Below are positions 9,538-20,001 of a DNA stretch of 64,000 bases, in pieces. Within the stretch, counting starts at the first letter, position 1. Each line of letters begins with the position of its first letter. Origin of the DNA: an uncultured Trueperaceae bacterium (GTDB taxonomy: Bacteria > Deinococcota > Deinococci > Deinococcales > Trueperaceae); assembly GCA_963815215.1 (NCBI GenBank), contig CAWFFU010000011.1:160001-224000 (forward strand), read 5' to 3'. Made by a program: the position numbers and the translations under genes. The notes below the pieces were generated by a model that was not told the origin of the DNA, did no database searches, and saw nothing but the letters and a program-made list of their open reading frames with translations.

Positions 9538-10275
9538 GCTGGACGGGGCTTGTCGCTCAAGACAGCCGAATTCCGCTGAGTGCGTGTGAGACAGCGTTTG
9601 TCGCATATGCGAGATCCGCCCCGGTGGGTTGAGAGCGGCCGAAGTCGAGTCGTTTCGGAGAGGTTGACACAACAAGCGACACAACACTTTGCTGGCCAAA
9701 TACCCCGCAGCAACTGGACTTGCGTGGGGACTTCCTTGCTACGGCGTACGTCATCCCAGCGACCAGCCTCGAGGGGCATGACCGCTCTACATGACCAGCC
9801 CATTACGAACCGCGCCAGGAGCGTCCCAGCGCGTCCCGTCACTTCCCAAGAAGTCCAGTCCTGGTCGGCGTTTTTCGTCTCGACGTTGCGACTTCGTTTG
9901 CGCCGCGAGGATCGCATTTCGGGGTCATAAGGTGCACGTAAGGTGCACCGCTGGCGACCTGCCGATCGCCCCCGTAGCCCACGCCCTAGGGGTAGGCGAT
10001 TGGGTCCGGGGCCAGTTTCAAGCAGCCGGTGGCGGTGAATACATGGTGACCCCTCGCGTGTGAACTGCACTGGAGTCATCCCGGCTCATCACGGCGTGTC
10101 CGAGATTGGCGTCCCTCACACCATCACTGGACACCACGTCGTTGCGCCGTACCGGTCGCTACCGTGCCGAATCTCGGACTTGGCTGTCGATTGGCTGTCG
10201 TTCGGCCGGTCGGTGGAACCAGCGGGATGTGTTGGGCGCCAACGAGATACCCTGGCGCCCAACGCGGCGGCCGCG

Positions 10276-10824
10276 CTAGACCACGACCGCTTCCCTGTTG
10301 GCCTTGTCGGCCGCGATGGCCTGCACATCGAGGGTGAAGCGTACGTCCTCACCGACCAGCATCGCGCCGGCCTCCAGCACCTGGTTCCAGGTCAATCCCC
10401 AATCCTTGCGGTTGAGCTTGCCGCTCCCCTCGGCCGCCGCCCGCACGTTGCCGAAGAGGTCGTTGATCGGTTCCTGTACGTCCACGTCGAAGCTCACGGG
10501 ATGCGACGCGCCGTGCATGCTGAGGTTGCCGGTGATGCGGTAGCGCCCGCGTCCCGCCGCCTCGACCGACGTGCTGACGAAGCGGATCTCCGGGAAGCGC
10601 TCGACGTCGAAGAAGTCCGCAGAGCGCAGGTGGCCGTCGCGGTCGGCCACGCCAGTGTCGATACTTCCCGCGTCGATGACCGCTTCGACACGGCTCGGCC
10701 GGTTTCCGTCGGTGCTCTCGACGTCGAGCGTGAAGTCCTTGAAGCGGCCGCGCACGGTGGCGAACCCCATGTGGCGGACCGAGAACTCGATGCTGCTGTG
10801 GGCGGGATCAAGATTCCACTTCAT
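10276..10824 (-). CDS. YceI family polyisoprenoid-binding protein
   Basis: MKWNLDPAHSSIEFSVRHM, RDGHLRSADFFDV, NRKDWGLTWN. Confidence 0.92.
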   Translation of the reverse strand: MKWNLDPAHSSIEFSVRHMGFATVRGRFKDFTLDVESTDGNRPSRVEAVIDAGSIDTGVADRDGHLRSADFFDVERFPEIRFVSTSVEAAGRGRYRITGNLSMHGASHPVSFDVDVQEPINDLFGNVRAAAEGSGKLNRKDWGLTWNQVLEAGAMLVGEDVRFTLDVQAIAADKANREAVVV

Positions 10825-10952
10825 GATTGGTCTCTCCTCCTCCGGAGCACCGCTCCGCCAGCCTGGCGGTGTCAACCGTACTGCCGCGGTGCGCGGACTG
10901 TTGGGCTGAACGCTTGCTGCGCTCGACCGGGTCTGCTCCCCGGCTCGAACAG

Positions 10953-10990
10953 ATCATAGTTTAGAGTGCTATATCTTGTCAAGCACTCTA
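10953..10990. promoter_or_regulatory. sigma70-type promoter for yceI overlapped by a 9-bp inverted-repeat operator
   Basis: Minus strand TTGACA(10982-10977)-18-TATGAT(10958-10953); TAGAGTGCT-N11-AGCACTCTA at 10962-10990. Confidence 0.65.
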
Positions 10991-11020
10991 TTCAACTAGC
11001 TACTATGCTATATTGACTGC

Positions 11021-11371
11021 ATGGCAAGGATCGACCATGACTACTGCCCCGTATACGCATCCATCGACCTTCTCCAGGAGAAGTGGGTCCTGCACATCGT
11101 TCGCTCGCTGCTGCAAGGCCCCCACGGCTTCAACGAGCTGGCGCGGGCCGTGGGCGGCGCCAACGCCACCACACTGTCGCATCGCCTCGAGCGTTTGGAG
11201 GCTCTTGGCGTCATCGACAAGACGGTGGAATCCACCATGCCGCCCCGCACCAGCTACCAGCTCACGGATGCCGGCCGAGAACTCGAGGCCGTGATCCAAG
11301 CCATCGACCGCTGGGGCCGAACCCACATGGAGGAGGACGTCCCGGGCGCCATAGGGGCGGGCACCAGGTGA
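11021..11371 (+). CDS. HxlR/DUF24 (YodB/CatR-like) winged-helix regulator
   Basis: YCPVYASIDLLQEKW with N-terminal Cys; PPRTSYQLTDAGREL. Confidence 0.9.
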   Translation: MARIDHDYCPVYASIDLLQEKWVLHIVRSLLQGPHGFNELARAVGGANATTLSHRLERLEALGVIDKTVESTMPPRTSYQLTDAGRELEAVIQAIDRWGRTHMEEDVPGAIGAGTR

Positions 11372-11459
11372 GAGCGGAGCGAACGCTCGCCCCCACACCA
11401 ACACTCCAAGAAGAATGAGGACGACCGCAACGACCCTCCAAAACCCGGAAGGAAGACGC

Positions 11460-12356
11460 ATGACCACCACGACCCACATCGGTATCCCACCCACCGCAAA
11501 CCGGCTACCGGCCTCCGCCAAGCCCGGACGCGTCCACCTACAGGTCACCGACCTCGAACGGTCTCTCGACTGGTACACGCGCGTACTCGGCCTGCGCGCC
11601 ACCGAACATCGGGACGGCACGGCGACGCTCACCGACCAGGCCGCAGCGACCACGCTGGTCCAGCTCCGCGAACGCCCCGGCGCAAACCCTGCACAGCGCC
11701 GCCTCGGCCTCTACCACTTCGCCCTCCTGCTGCCCGACCGTAGCGATCTCGGCGCCTTCTTGCGCCACCTCTACGTCCAGGGCGAACGCGTTGCATCGGC
11801 CGACCACCTCGTCAGCGAGGCGCTTTACCTCAACGACCCCGACGGCCTCGGCATCGAGGTCTACGCCGACCGACCGCGTGTGACATGGCGCGTCTCGGAC
11901 GGAGAGATCGTGATGGATACGAGGCCCCTCGACCAACGTGACCTCGCCCGCGCGGCGGTGAACACGACCTGGTACGGCATGCCCGCAGACACCAGCATGG
12001 GCCACGTCCACCTGCACGTCGGCGACCTTGAACGCGCAGACGCCTTCTACCACACGGCGCTCGGTTTCGACCGCATCGTGTGGAGCTACCCCGGCGCCCT
12101 CTTCCTCTCGGCCGGCGGGTACCACCACCACCTCGGCCTCAACATCTGGGCCGGCGACGCCGAGTCCGCCCACGACGACGAGGCACGCCTGATCGACTGG
12201 AGCCTCGTGCTGCCCACCGAAGAGGACGTCCATGCCGCGACCACGAGCCTCCGCGACGCCGGATTCACCGTGACTGAAGACGGCGAAGCAGCGCTCACCA
12301 CCGACCCATGGGGCACGACGGTACGCATCGCGCACCCATCACCGCACCAGTCGTGA
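11460..12356 (+). CDS. VOC family catechol 2,3-dioxygenase-like protein (CatE-like)
   Basis: GLYHFALLLP, DHLVSEALYLNDPDGLGIEVYADRP, GHVHLHV, GGYHHHLGLNIW. Confidence 0.88.
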   Translation: MTTTTHIGIPPTANRLPASAKPGRVHLQVTDLERSLDWYTRVLGLRATEHRDGTATLTDQAAATTLVQLRERPGANPAQRRLGLYHFALLLPDRSDLGAFLRHLYVQGERVASADHLVSEALYLNDPDGLGIEVYADRPRVTWRVSDGEIVMDTRPLDQRDLARAAVNTTWYGMPADTSMGHVHLHVGDLERADAFYHTALGFDRIVWSYPGALFLSAGGYHHHLGLNIWAGDAESAHDDEARLIDWSLVLPTEEDVHAATTSLRDAGFTVTEDGEAALTTDPWGTTVRIAHPSPHQS

Positions 12357-12522
12357 AGATGGCCCGTCCCCGCACGCTCGACGCGACGACGCGCCGATCT
12401 GCATCTACCTCGGTGGTTCGCATCTTGCACAATTCACCGAGGCCGCTCGTTCCTCACGTCCGCCGCAACGCTTGACGTAAACTCAGCGTTCAACAGCGGC
12501 AGACGCGGAGGTCGGTGGATCC

Positions 12523-14169
12523 ATGGCAGCAGCGACGATGATCCTGGTCCTCCTGCTTGCAGTCTTGGTGAGCAGGATCCTCGTTTTGCTGTCACCCGTG
12601 AAGCTGCCTCTGCCTATCCTCCAGGTCCTCATCGGAGCTGCCCTCAGTTACATCATCGGCTTCAACGTCCGCCTGGACCCCGACGTCTTCTTCCTCGTAC
12701 TCATCCCACCCCTGCTGTTCCTGGACGGCTGGCGCCTCCCCAAGAACGCGCTGGTCAGAGACTGGCGACCGATCACAACGCTCGCGTTCGGACTCGTCGT
12801 CTTTACCGTCCTCGGCATCGGCCTCCTCGTCCACACGCTTGTTCCAGTAGTCCCCCTCGGCGTCGCGTTCGCCCTGGCCGCCATCCTCTCGCCCACCGAT
12901 CCAGTGGCCGTATCGGCCATCACCGCAGGCGCACCGATCCCTTCCCGGCTGATGCACATCCTCGAAGGCGAAGCCCTCTTCAACGACGCCTCCGGCCTCG
13001 TATGCTTCCGCTTCGCCGTCGCTGCCGTCCTCACAGGCAGCTTCTCGCTAGGCCAAGCCTCGCTCACCTTCCTCGAAGTGGCCGCAGGCGGCCTCCTCAC
13101 CGGAGTTGCGATCGCTTGGGCCGCAAGCTTTGTCTACCACTGGATCACGCGATGGACCGGAGACGAACCGGGCACGCCGATCCTCATCAGCATCCTCATC
13201 CCCTCCGCGGCCTACCTCACGGCCGAGCACCTTGGCGTTTCCGGCATCCTGGCCGCCGCCGCGGCCGGCATTTCGATGCACTACGCCGATCTCATCAAGC
13301 GTTCGTCCGCTATCACCCGCATGCGCCGCAGCGCCATCTGGGAGATGCTCCAGGTCACGCTGAACGGCATCATCTTCGTGCTGCTTGGCGAGCAGCTCCC
13401 CGGTATTCTCGCCAGCGCACCCGATCTCGCTCGCAGCATAGGAGCGGTAACTCCCTGGTGGCTGTTGGCGTACGTGACCGCCGTGACACTCGCACTCGTC
13501 ATCCTGCGGTTCATCTGGGTATGGGCCTCTCTCGAAGGTGCACGCTTGCTGGCCGCGCTGCGTGGCGGGAGGCGCGACCGAGCGCCGTTGCGCTTCATCC
13601 TCACCGCAGCCATGGCTGGCGCCAAGGGTGCCATCACGCTCGCCGGCATCCTGACGCTGCCCACCGTCATGGCCGACGGTTCCACATTCCCAGCTCGCGG
13701 ATTCGCCATCTTCCTCGCCATGGGCGTCGTCCTCCTGTCCCTCCTGCTGGCAAGCGTAGGACTTCCCATCGTGGTTAAGAACCTCGAGGTTCCCGATACG
13801 CTGCCGGCGACCGACAAGGAGCAAGACGCCCGAGACGCCGCCGCCGAAGCCGCTATCCGTCGCATCCAGCAGATCCTGAGCCGATCCACCGGCGAGAACA
13901 CGGACCTATGGGCAGAAGCCGCTAGCAACGTCACAGAGCGGTATCGGCAACGGCTCGACCACGGTACTGCCCAAGACGACGCAGGACGCGTGCGTGCCCT
14001 GGCGGACGCAGAGAGGCAACTCAGACTCGACGCGCTTCATGCAGAACGCGACGAGCTCTACCACCTGCGACTGGCTCGGTACATCGACGACGCCCTGCAC
14101 CGGAAGCTCGTCCGCGAGATCGACCTCATGGAAGCGGGCCTTTCCGCTTCGCCAGCGTGGCGGAGATAG
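12523..14169 (+). CDS. CPA1 family Na+/H+ antiporter
   Basis: IPPLLFLDG, SPTDPVAV, EGEALFNDASGLV; multiple TMs. Confidence 0.92.
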   Translation: MAAATMILVLLLAVLVSRILVLLSPVKLPLPILQVLIGAALSYIIGFNVRLDPDVFFLVLIPPLLFLDGWRLPKNALVRDWRPITTLAFGLVVFTVLGIGLLVHTLVPVVPLGVAFALAAILSPTDPVAVSAITAGAPIPSRLMHILEGEALFNDASGLVCFRFAVAAVLTGSFSLGQASLTFLEVAAGGLLTGVAIAWAASFVYHWITRWTGDEPGTPILISILIPSAAYLTAEHLGVSGILAAAAAGISMHYADLIKRSSAITRMRRSAIWEMLQVTLNGIIFVLLGEQLPGILASAPDLARSIGAVTPWWLLAYVTAVTLALVILRFIWVWASLEGARLLAALRGGRRDRAPLRFILTAAMAGAKGAITLAGILTLPTVMADGSTFPARGFAIFLAMGVVLLSLLLASVGLPIVVKNLEVPDTLPATDKEQDARDAAAEAAIRRIQQILSRSTGENTDLWAEAASNVTERYRQRLDHGTAQDDAGRVRALADAERQLRLDALHAERDELYHLRLARYIDDALHRKLVREIDLMEAGLSASPAWRR

Positions 14170-14534
14170 CGGTGCTTCAGCAAAACGGCAGGCCGTTGCC
14201 TATGGCTCAACCCATGTTGACGAAAGAAGACGTGGCGATTCGATCGGTACCGGAAGAAGGTCGCGGCCGTATAGCAGAATCCCCTTCCGGACGCGCAAGA
14301 CAGGTGTTCTCCGTGGGTGCCATGGCGTTATCGTCTAATGGCCCAGGACGCCGGGTTCTCAGCTCGGTAACCCCGGGTCGAATCCGGGCAACGTCACCAC
14401 CACCCTCAAAGCAAAGCGCATCCGGAGATTGCAATGCGGTTAGCCACCGCTTCGAAGCGTCAGGCTCGCGGTAACGCTGCTGCCATCGCGGTCGCTGTGG
14501 CCCAGATCTGGATCGAACCGGACAGGAGCTCGAC

Positions 14535-16124
14535 ATGATCACGACGACCGGCCGCATCCACCACGTGAGTGCCATATCAAGCGACGCGCAGAAGACCGTC
14601 GACTTCTACGCAACCTTCCTCGGCCTGCGTCTCGTGAAGCAGACCGTCAACTTCGATGACCCCAATACGTATCACCTCTACTTCGGTGACCACATCGGGC
14701 AACCCGGAACCCTCATGACCTTCTTCCCTTGGCCCGGCGCAGACCGCGGCCGGCGCGGCGCAGGTCAGGTGACACGCATCTCACTGTCGATCCCCGAGCA
14801 CGCCCTCGCGTTCTGGGTCGAACGCTTGACGACCGCCAATCTCGCCTACACCTTCGGCAGCCGCTTCAGGGAGCGATCGATCGACTTCCAGGACCCCGAC
14901 GGGCTCGAACTCTCGCTCGTCGCGACGGACACAGGCGATCCGCCACCCAGCTGGCCAAACGCTTCCGTAGGTCCCGATCACGCCGTCCGAGGGATCCACA
15001 GCGCGACGCTCTGGGTCGACGCGATCGGGCCGACCATGTCCCTACTCACCGGCAGGCTCAGCTACGAGGCAGCGGGAACGGAGGACCGCACCACACGGCT
15101 AACGCATCCCAGCGAAGGCCTGGGCCAGCACATCGAAATAAGAGACACGGGTGGCTTCTGGCCCGGGGCCATCGGAAGCGGCGTCGTGCATCACATCGCC
15201 TTCCGGGCCGACACAGATGCCGCCCAAGAGCGCATCCGGGAAGAACTCGTGGCGGAAGGGCTGCATCCCACCCCCGTCCTCGACAGGAAGTACTTCCGCA
15301 GCGTCTACTTCCGAGAGCCGGGTCACGCCCTCTTCGAGATCGCAACGGATCCGCCAGGCTTCGAAGTGGACGAAAGCCTAGATGACCTGGGCAGGCACCT
15401 GACGCTGCCCTCCCAGCACGAATCGATGCGAGACGCCATCGAACGCGCACTTCCCACGCTCACCATCGACCGCACTCGAACGAAACGAGTGGGCGACGGG
15501 GACGCCTCCGAGTTCGTCCACCGCATGCTCTCCAAACCCGGCGCGAAGAGGGTCATCCTCGCATTGCACGGCACTGGCGGAGACGAGAACGACATCATCC
15601 CGCTGGCCGAAGAGCTGGACGCCGAGGCCACCATCCTCAGCCCGCGAGGCCGCGTCAAGGAAGGGACTCAGCTACGGTTCTTCGCGCGGTACCCCGACGG
15701 GACGTTCGACCAGGACAGCCTTGCACGAGAAGCGCACGCCTTGGCCAGCTTCGTGAAACGAAGCCGCGCCAGATACGGCCTGGAAGGGCTCCCACTGATC
15801 GCGCTCGGGTACTCCAACGGCGCGAACATCGCCGCGGCTCTCCTGATGCGCGACCCCGACCTCCTCGACGGCGCCATCCTCCTCCGAGGGATGGTGCCTT
15901 TCGAACCCGAGGAAGCGCCTGATCTACACAACGTACCCGTACTCCTGAGCAGCGGCATCGAGGACGCCACGATTCCAAGGCACGCCTCCGACGCGCTCGA
16001 ACACGTCCTATGGAAGGCCGGCGCGAACATCTCGATCCACCGTGCAGACGGCGGCCACGCGCTAACGGAGAACGATGTCACGGCGGCCCGCGCCTGGCTC
16101 GACAACCTCTCGCTGCACACGTAG
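14535..16124 (+). CDS. ring-cleaving dioxygenase (MhqO-like) fused to alpha/beta hydrolase (MhqD-like)
   Basis: GLRLVKQTVNFDDP, HHIAFR, DRKYFRSVYFREPG, then LHGTGGDE and GYSNGANIA in one ORF. Confidence 0.88.
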   Translation: MITTTGRIHHVSAISSDAQKTVDFYATFLGLRLVKQTVNFDDPNTYHLYFGDHIGQPGTLMTFFPWPGADRGRRGAGQVTRISLSIPEHALAFWVERLTTANLAYTFGSRFRERSIDFQDPDGLELSLVATDTGDPPPSWPNASVGPDHAVRGIHSATLWVDAIGPTMSLLTGRLSYEAAGTEDRTTRLTHPSEGLGQHIEIRDTGGFWPGAIGSGVVHHIAFRADTDAAQERIREELVAEGLHPTPVLDRKYFRSVYFREPGHALFEIATDPPGFEVDESLDDLGRHLTLPSQHESMRDAIERALPTLTIDRTRTKRVGDGDASEFVHRMLSKPGAKRVILALHGTGGDENDIIPLAEELDAEATILSPRGRVKEGTQLRFFARYPDGTFDQDSLAREAHALASFVKRSRARYGLEGLPLIALGYSNGANIAAALLMRDPDLLDGAILLRGMVPFEPEEAPDLHNVPVLLSSGIEDATIPRHASDALEHVLWKAGANISIHRADGGHALTENDVTAARAWLDNLSLHT

Positions 16125-16216
16125 GGCCAAGCCGGGACTATGCTGAGCGCGCCGCAGGAGGGAAGCATGCCTGCTCGCTCGCCGCGCGAACGCGGGCGCG
16201 CACGAAGGGGAGCGTT

Positions 16217-17491
16217 ATGACCGATCACATTTCGTCGGAACGCGCACAAGTCGTCCTGAAGGGCCTAGACGAGCTCCTGCCAGATCTCGAAGCGCTCTAC
16301 AAGGACGTCCATGCCCATCCTGAGTTGTCCATGCAGGAAACGCGGACAGCGGGCATTGCTGCCAAGCAGCTCAGGAGCACTGGATACGAGGTCACCACGG
16401 GGGTCGGCAAGACGGGCGTGGTCGGACTCCTGCGAAACGGTGAGGGACCCACCGTGATGTTGCGCGCCGACATGGACGCGCTGCCCATCGCCGAGAACAC
16501 CGGCCTCGATTACGCCAGCACGATCAAGGCTCCCGACGCCGAGGGAAACACCGTCCCCGTCGGACACATGTGCGGACACGACATGCACGTCGCCTGGCTG
16601 GTCGGGGCTTCAACGCTGCTGTCCCAGGTGCGCGAGGCCTGGAAGGGCACGTTGATGGTCGTGTTCCAGCCGGGGGAGGAGACCGCGCAGGGTGCGCAGG
16701 CCATGATCGACGACGGACTCCTCGATCGCTTCCCGACGCCCGTGGTTGCCCTAGGCCAGCACCTCATGGTCGGGCCGGCCGGGACCGTGGCCGGCAGCTC
16801 CGGGCCGATCACCTCCGCCGCGGACAGCCTAGAGATCCGACTCTTCGGGCGGGGGGCGCACGGCTCGATGCCACAGGCCAGCGTCGACCCCGTCGTGATG
16901 GCCGCGTCTGTTGTCCTGCGGCTACAAACGATCGTGTCACGCGAGGTTGCTGCAACCGATGCGGCCGTGGTGACGGTCGGCGTCCTACAAGCCGGCACCA
17001 AGGAGAACGTCATCCCCGACGACGCCGTCATCAAGCTCAACGTGCGCACGTTCGACGCAGGCGTGCGCGAGCACGTGCTCAGCGCCATCGAACGCATCGT
17101 CCGCGCAGAAGCGCAAGCTTCGCGGGCCCCACGCGAACCCGAGATCACCCCACTCGATCGCTACCCGCTCAACGTCAACGACGAAGCCGCTAGCGAGCGC
17201 GTTGCCGAGGCCTTCCGCCGACACTTCACGGCTGACAGGGTCAAGCACACGGGCCCCGCCCCGGCCAGCGAAGACTTCGGTTGCTTCGGCACGGCATGGC
17301 ATGTCCCCTCGGTGTTCTGGTTCGTGGGCGGCAACGAGCCTGACCTCTACGAGAAGGCCAAGGCCGAGGGCCGGCTCAACGAGCTACCCGTGAATCACAG
17401 CCCGCAATTCGCTCCCGTACTCCACCCCACCCTGGAAACCGGCGTCGAGGCCATGGTCACCGCCGCCCTTGCGTGGCTGGCAGCGAGTTGA
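16217..17491 (+). CDS. M20 family amidohydrolase
   Basis: HAHPELS, LRADMDALP, HMCGHDMH, FQPGEE, ASEDF. Confidence 0.92.
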   Translation: MTDHISSERAQVVLKGLDELLPDLEALYKDVHAHPELSMQETRTAGIAAKQLRSTGYEVTTGVGKTGVVGLLRNGEGPTVMLRADMDALPIAENTGLDYASTIKAPDAEGNTVPVGHMCGHDMHVAWLVGASTLLSQVREAWKGTLMVVFQPGEETAQGAQAMIDDGLLDRFPTPVVALGQHLMVGPAGTVAGSSGPITSAADSLEIRLFGRGAHGSMPQASVDPVVMAASVVLRLQTIVSREVAATDAAVVTVGVLQAGTKENVIPDDAVIKLNVRTFDAGVREHVLSAIERIVRAEAQASRAPREPEITPLDRYPLNVNDEAASERVAEAFRRHFTADRVKHTGPAPASEDFGCFGTAWHVPSVFWFVGGNEPDLYEKAKAEGRLNELPVNHSPQFAPVLHPTLETGVEAMVTAALAWLAAS

Positions 17492-17585
17492 TCGAGCATG
17501 GCACGTCGCAATCCGCTTCGGAACACACGAGCCTGTCACCGCGCGTTCGCCTCGACGCGGTGACGGGGGCAGTGCCAAGGCCATA

Positions 17586-18254
17586 ATGGGCGGCATCGAG
17601 ATCTTCGCGCATGTCCTGGACCTTGGAGGCACGTTCGTCTTCGCGATCAGTGGCGCGCTCGCGGCCGTCAACCGACGCCTCGACCTCTTCGGCATCCTCG
17701 TCCTCGCCTTCGTCGCAGGCAACGTCGGCGGCATCACACGCGACGTCCTGATCGGCGCGGTACCACCAGCCGCCCTTGCCGACGTGAGCTACCTGCTGGT
17801 CTCGGTGCTGGCCGGCATGATCACCTACTTCGCCTACGCCGGCGTCGACCGACTGCGCAACCCGGTCCTGCTGTTCGACGCCGTGGGACTCGCGTTCTTC
17901 GCCGTGGCCGGCGCCCACAAAGCGCTCCAGTTCGGGCTCGGACCCGTCATGGCCGCCTTGCTCGGCATGCTCACAGGCATCGGCGGCGGCATGGCGCGCG
18001 ACGTCCTCACCATGCAAACCCCGCACGTCCTGCGTTCCGACCTCTACGCCGTTGCCGCCCTCGCCGGCGCATCCATCGTCGTCATCGGCCACGCGCTGGG
18101 CCTCTCATACGGGATCGCAGCCCCCATCGGAGGAATTCTCTGCTTCGGGCTGCGGTACATGGCGATCCGACACGCCTGGCACCTCCCTACCGCGAAGCTC
18201 TCTGCCCGCAACCGCGCAGGTGCGGATGACCCGGCCAACGAGGAGCAACCGTAA
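17586..18254 (+). CDS. UPF0126/TRIC family membrane protein
   Basis: FAISGA..A, GGGITRDVLIG-type repeat, DAVGLAFF, TGIGGGMARDVL. Confidence 0.85.
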   Translation: MGGIEIFAHVLDLGGTFVFAISGALAAVNRRLDLFGILVLAFVAGNVGGITRDVLIGAVPPAALADVSYLLVSVLAGMITYFAYAGVDRLRNPVLLFDAVGLAFFAVAGAHKALQFGLGPVMAALLGMLTGIGGGMARDVLTMQTPHVLRSDLYAVAALAGASIVVIGHALGLSYGIAAPIGGILCFGLRYMAIRHAWHLPTAKLSARNRAGADDPANEEQP

Positions 18255-18404
18255 CGCTTCCTAGGCCTCGCGCGCGAGCGAAGCCACCCCTGGAGTCGCC
18301 TCGGTTCCGCACCACCTTGCCGCTGACGCTCAGCCGCAAGGAGCAGACCATGTTGGCACCGAGCGGTGCGGGGGACACCCCCATGGGCGAGGGCAGTAGG
18401 CTGG

Positions 18405-18722
18405 AGCATTCTCGATATTGACCTCCCGTACTTCAACGGCTGCCCCTCCTGGGACCGCGCCTGGGCGGAACTGGGATGCGCCCTGGTCCAAGTCGGGGTC
18501 AGCGCTTGCGTGCGCCTCCGTGACATCGCCGACCTCACTGACGCGGACAACGCCGGCTTCGCGGGATCACCCACCATCCGCATCGAAGGCCGTGACCTCG
18601 AGGGCTACCACGGTCCGGCACGAATGGCACGCCGTCGCTACCTCGACAACGACGGACACGGCTGGCCCGGCCAAGAGGCGTTGCAAGAGAAGCTACGCGC
18701 CGCCCTGGCAGCAAACGCCTAG
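18405..18722 (+). pseudogene. thioredoxin-like small protein, probably degraded
   Basis: YFNGCPSW and FAGSPTIRIEGRDL motifs; no clear start codon. Confidence 0.5.
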
Positions 18723-18870
18723 AAGGTCACGACCCGTTCGGCCTCCAGCGTCCATCGACCAAGTTCGTCCATACTGCCACGATGCACGCCCTCCAGGAGA
18801 TGCGCCTCGGTCATCCCGCGCGCGTCCATGCACGTTCCGCAGACCCTTACCTCCACACCGGCATCGCGGC
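18719..18870 (-). pseudogene. DsrE/YchN family C-terminal fragment
   Basis: VRVCGTCMDARG...SMDELGRWTLEAERVVTF; N-terminal half missing. Confidence 0.7.
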
Positions 18871-19216
18871 TGTTTCCCTCGCAGCGAGGCTCATCTAGGG
18901 CGGCGACAGAGCATCTGCGCCCGCAAGAACCATGGTGCGGCCGCGCCGCAACGAGCCTGAGCGAGTAGTCAGGCATGCATCCCCCGGCACCATGCAGATG
19001 TCGTGGCCGACAGATCCTGGTCGAGCGGGCTCAGACCGCCCAACGCACGCGGACGCGACCGTCGCGTCGGGGACAATTGGCCCTGTCCGTCACCGCGGAC
19101 ACTACCTAGCATGGCGCGCGCCGTGTTCAAGGTTGATTGAACGCAGCGGTTGGGGGTGGATCGGCGTTCGCTCTCGATGCGTCGACCTGCACGTCGCCCA
19201 GAACCAGGAGGGACCC

Positions 19217-19999
19217 ATGGCATCGGTCACGCGAGGAAGCTCGCCCGGCACGCTCCGTGGAGGCTTCGACCCATCGTGGAGGCGCCTGGTATGGGTTGGG
19301 GGTGTGGCTGCGTTGCTGGCGGCAGCCGTGTGGCTCGCGGGGACCGCCCTAGCCTTCGTGTCAACGCCGCCGGCCACAGGCGGCGTCGAGACCCTGCAGT
19401 ACATCGCTGCGCATCGCAGCCTGTACATCCTGAAGCAGGTGCTCTGGTTGGCGCCCCTGGGCCTGACCATGGTGACGCTCCTGGCGTTCTACCCGGTACT
19501 CGAGCGTTTCGACCGCGGCATGGCGCTGCTGGCCGTGGTGATCGGCGTCGTGGCCTGGGGCATCAGCCTGGCATGGCTGACGACAGGTGAGGGCTCGCCG
19601 GTCCTGGTCTTCCTGAGCGACCACTTCATGACGGCCACCAGCGCCGCGCAGCAGGCCCCGTTTGTGGCCGCGGCAGAGGCGCTCATCGCCACCAACGCCA
19701 CGCCCGCGGCGCCCGGCGTGCTCGAGACCATCAGCATCTTGGTGGTGTCCTTGGTGGCACTTAGCGGCGGTCTGCCAAGGAGCGTGGCCTACCTGGGCAT
19801 CGTCACGGGAGCGCTGGGCGTGATCGGCGAGGCGTTGCGCAGCGCGCTCGGCGACGCCTACGCGGTGTACGGCATCCTGCTCCTCGTGTGGCTGGTGGCG
19901 GTGGGTTGGGCACTGCTTCGGGCAGCGCGCGACGCCACGGCAACAACGAACGAGCGATCGCCGAAGGCTGCCGCCAGGGCCTCCCGCCAGAGGCGTTGA
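19217..19999 (+). CDS. multi-pass membrane protein (DUF4386-like)
   Basis: GGAGG RBS; about six hydrophobic segments. Confidence 0.65.
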   Translation: MASVTRGSSPGTLRGGFDPSWRRLVWVGGVAALLAAAVWLAGTALAFVSTPPATGGVETLQYIAAHRSLYILKQVLWLAPLGLTMVTLLAFYPVLERFDRGMALLAVVIGVVAWGISLAWLTTGEGSPVLVFLSDHFMTATSAAQQAPFVAAAEALIATNATPAAPGVLETISILVVSLVALSGGLPRSVAYLGIVTGALGVIGEALRSALGDAYAVYGILLLVWLVAVGWALLRAARDATATTNERSPKAAARASRQRR

Positions 20000-20001
20000 G
20001 C

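Noticed and set aside
10962..10990. CIRCE (HrcA) element
   Set aside because: The half-sites GAGTGCT/AGCACTC are in the opposite order to CIRCE, with different spacing, and flank an HxlR-family gene
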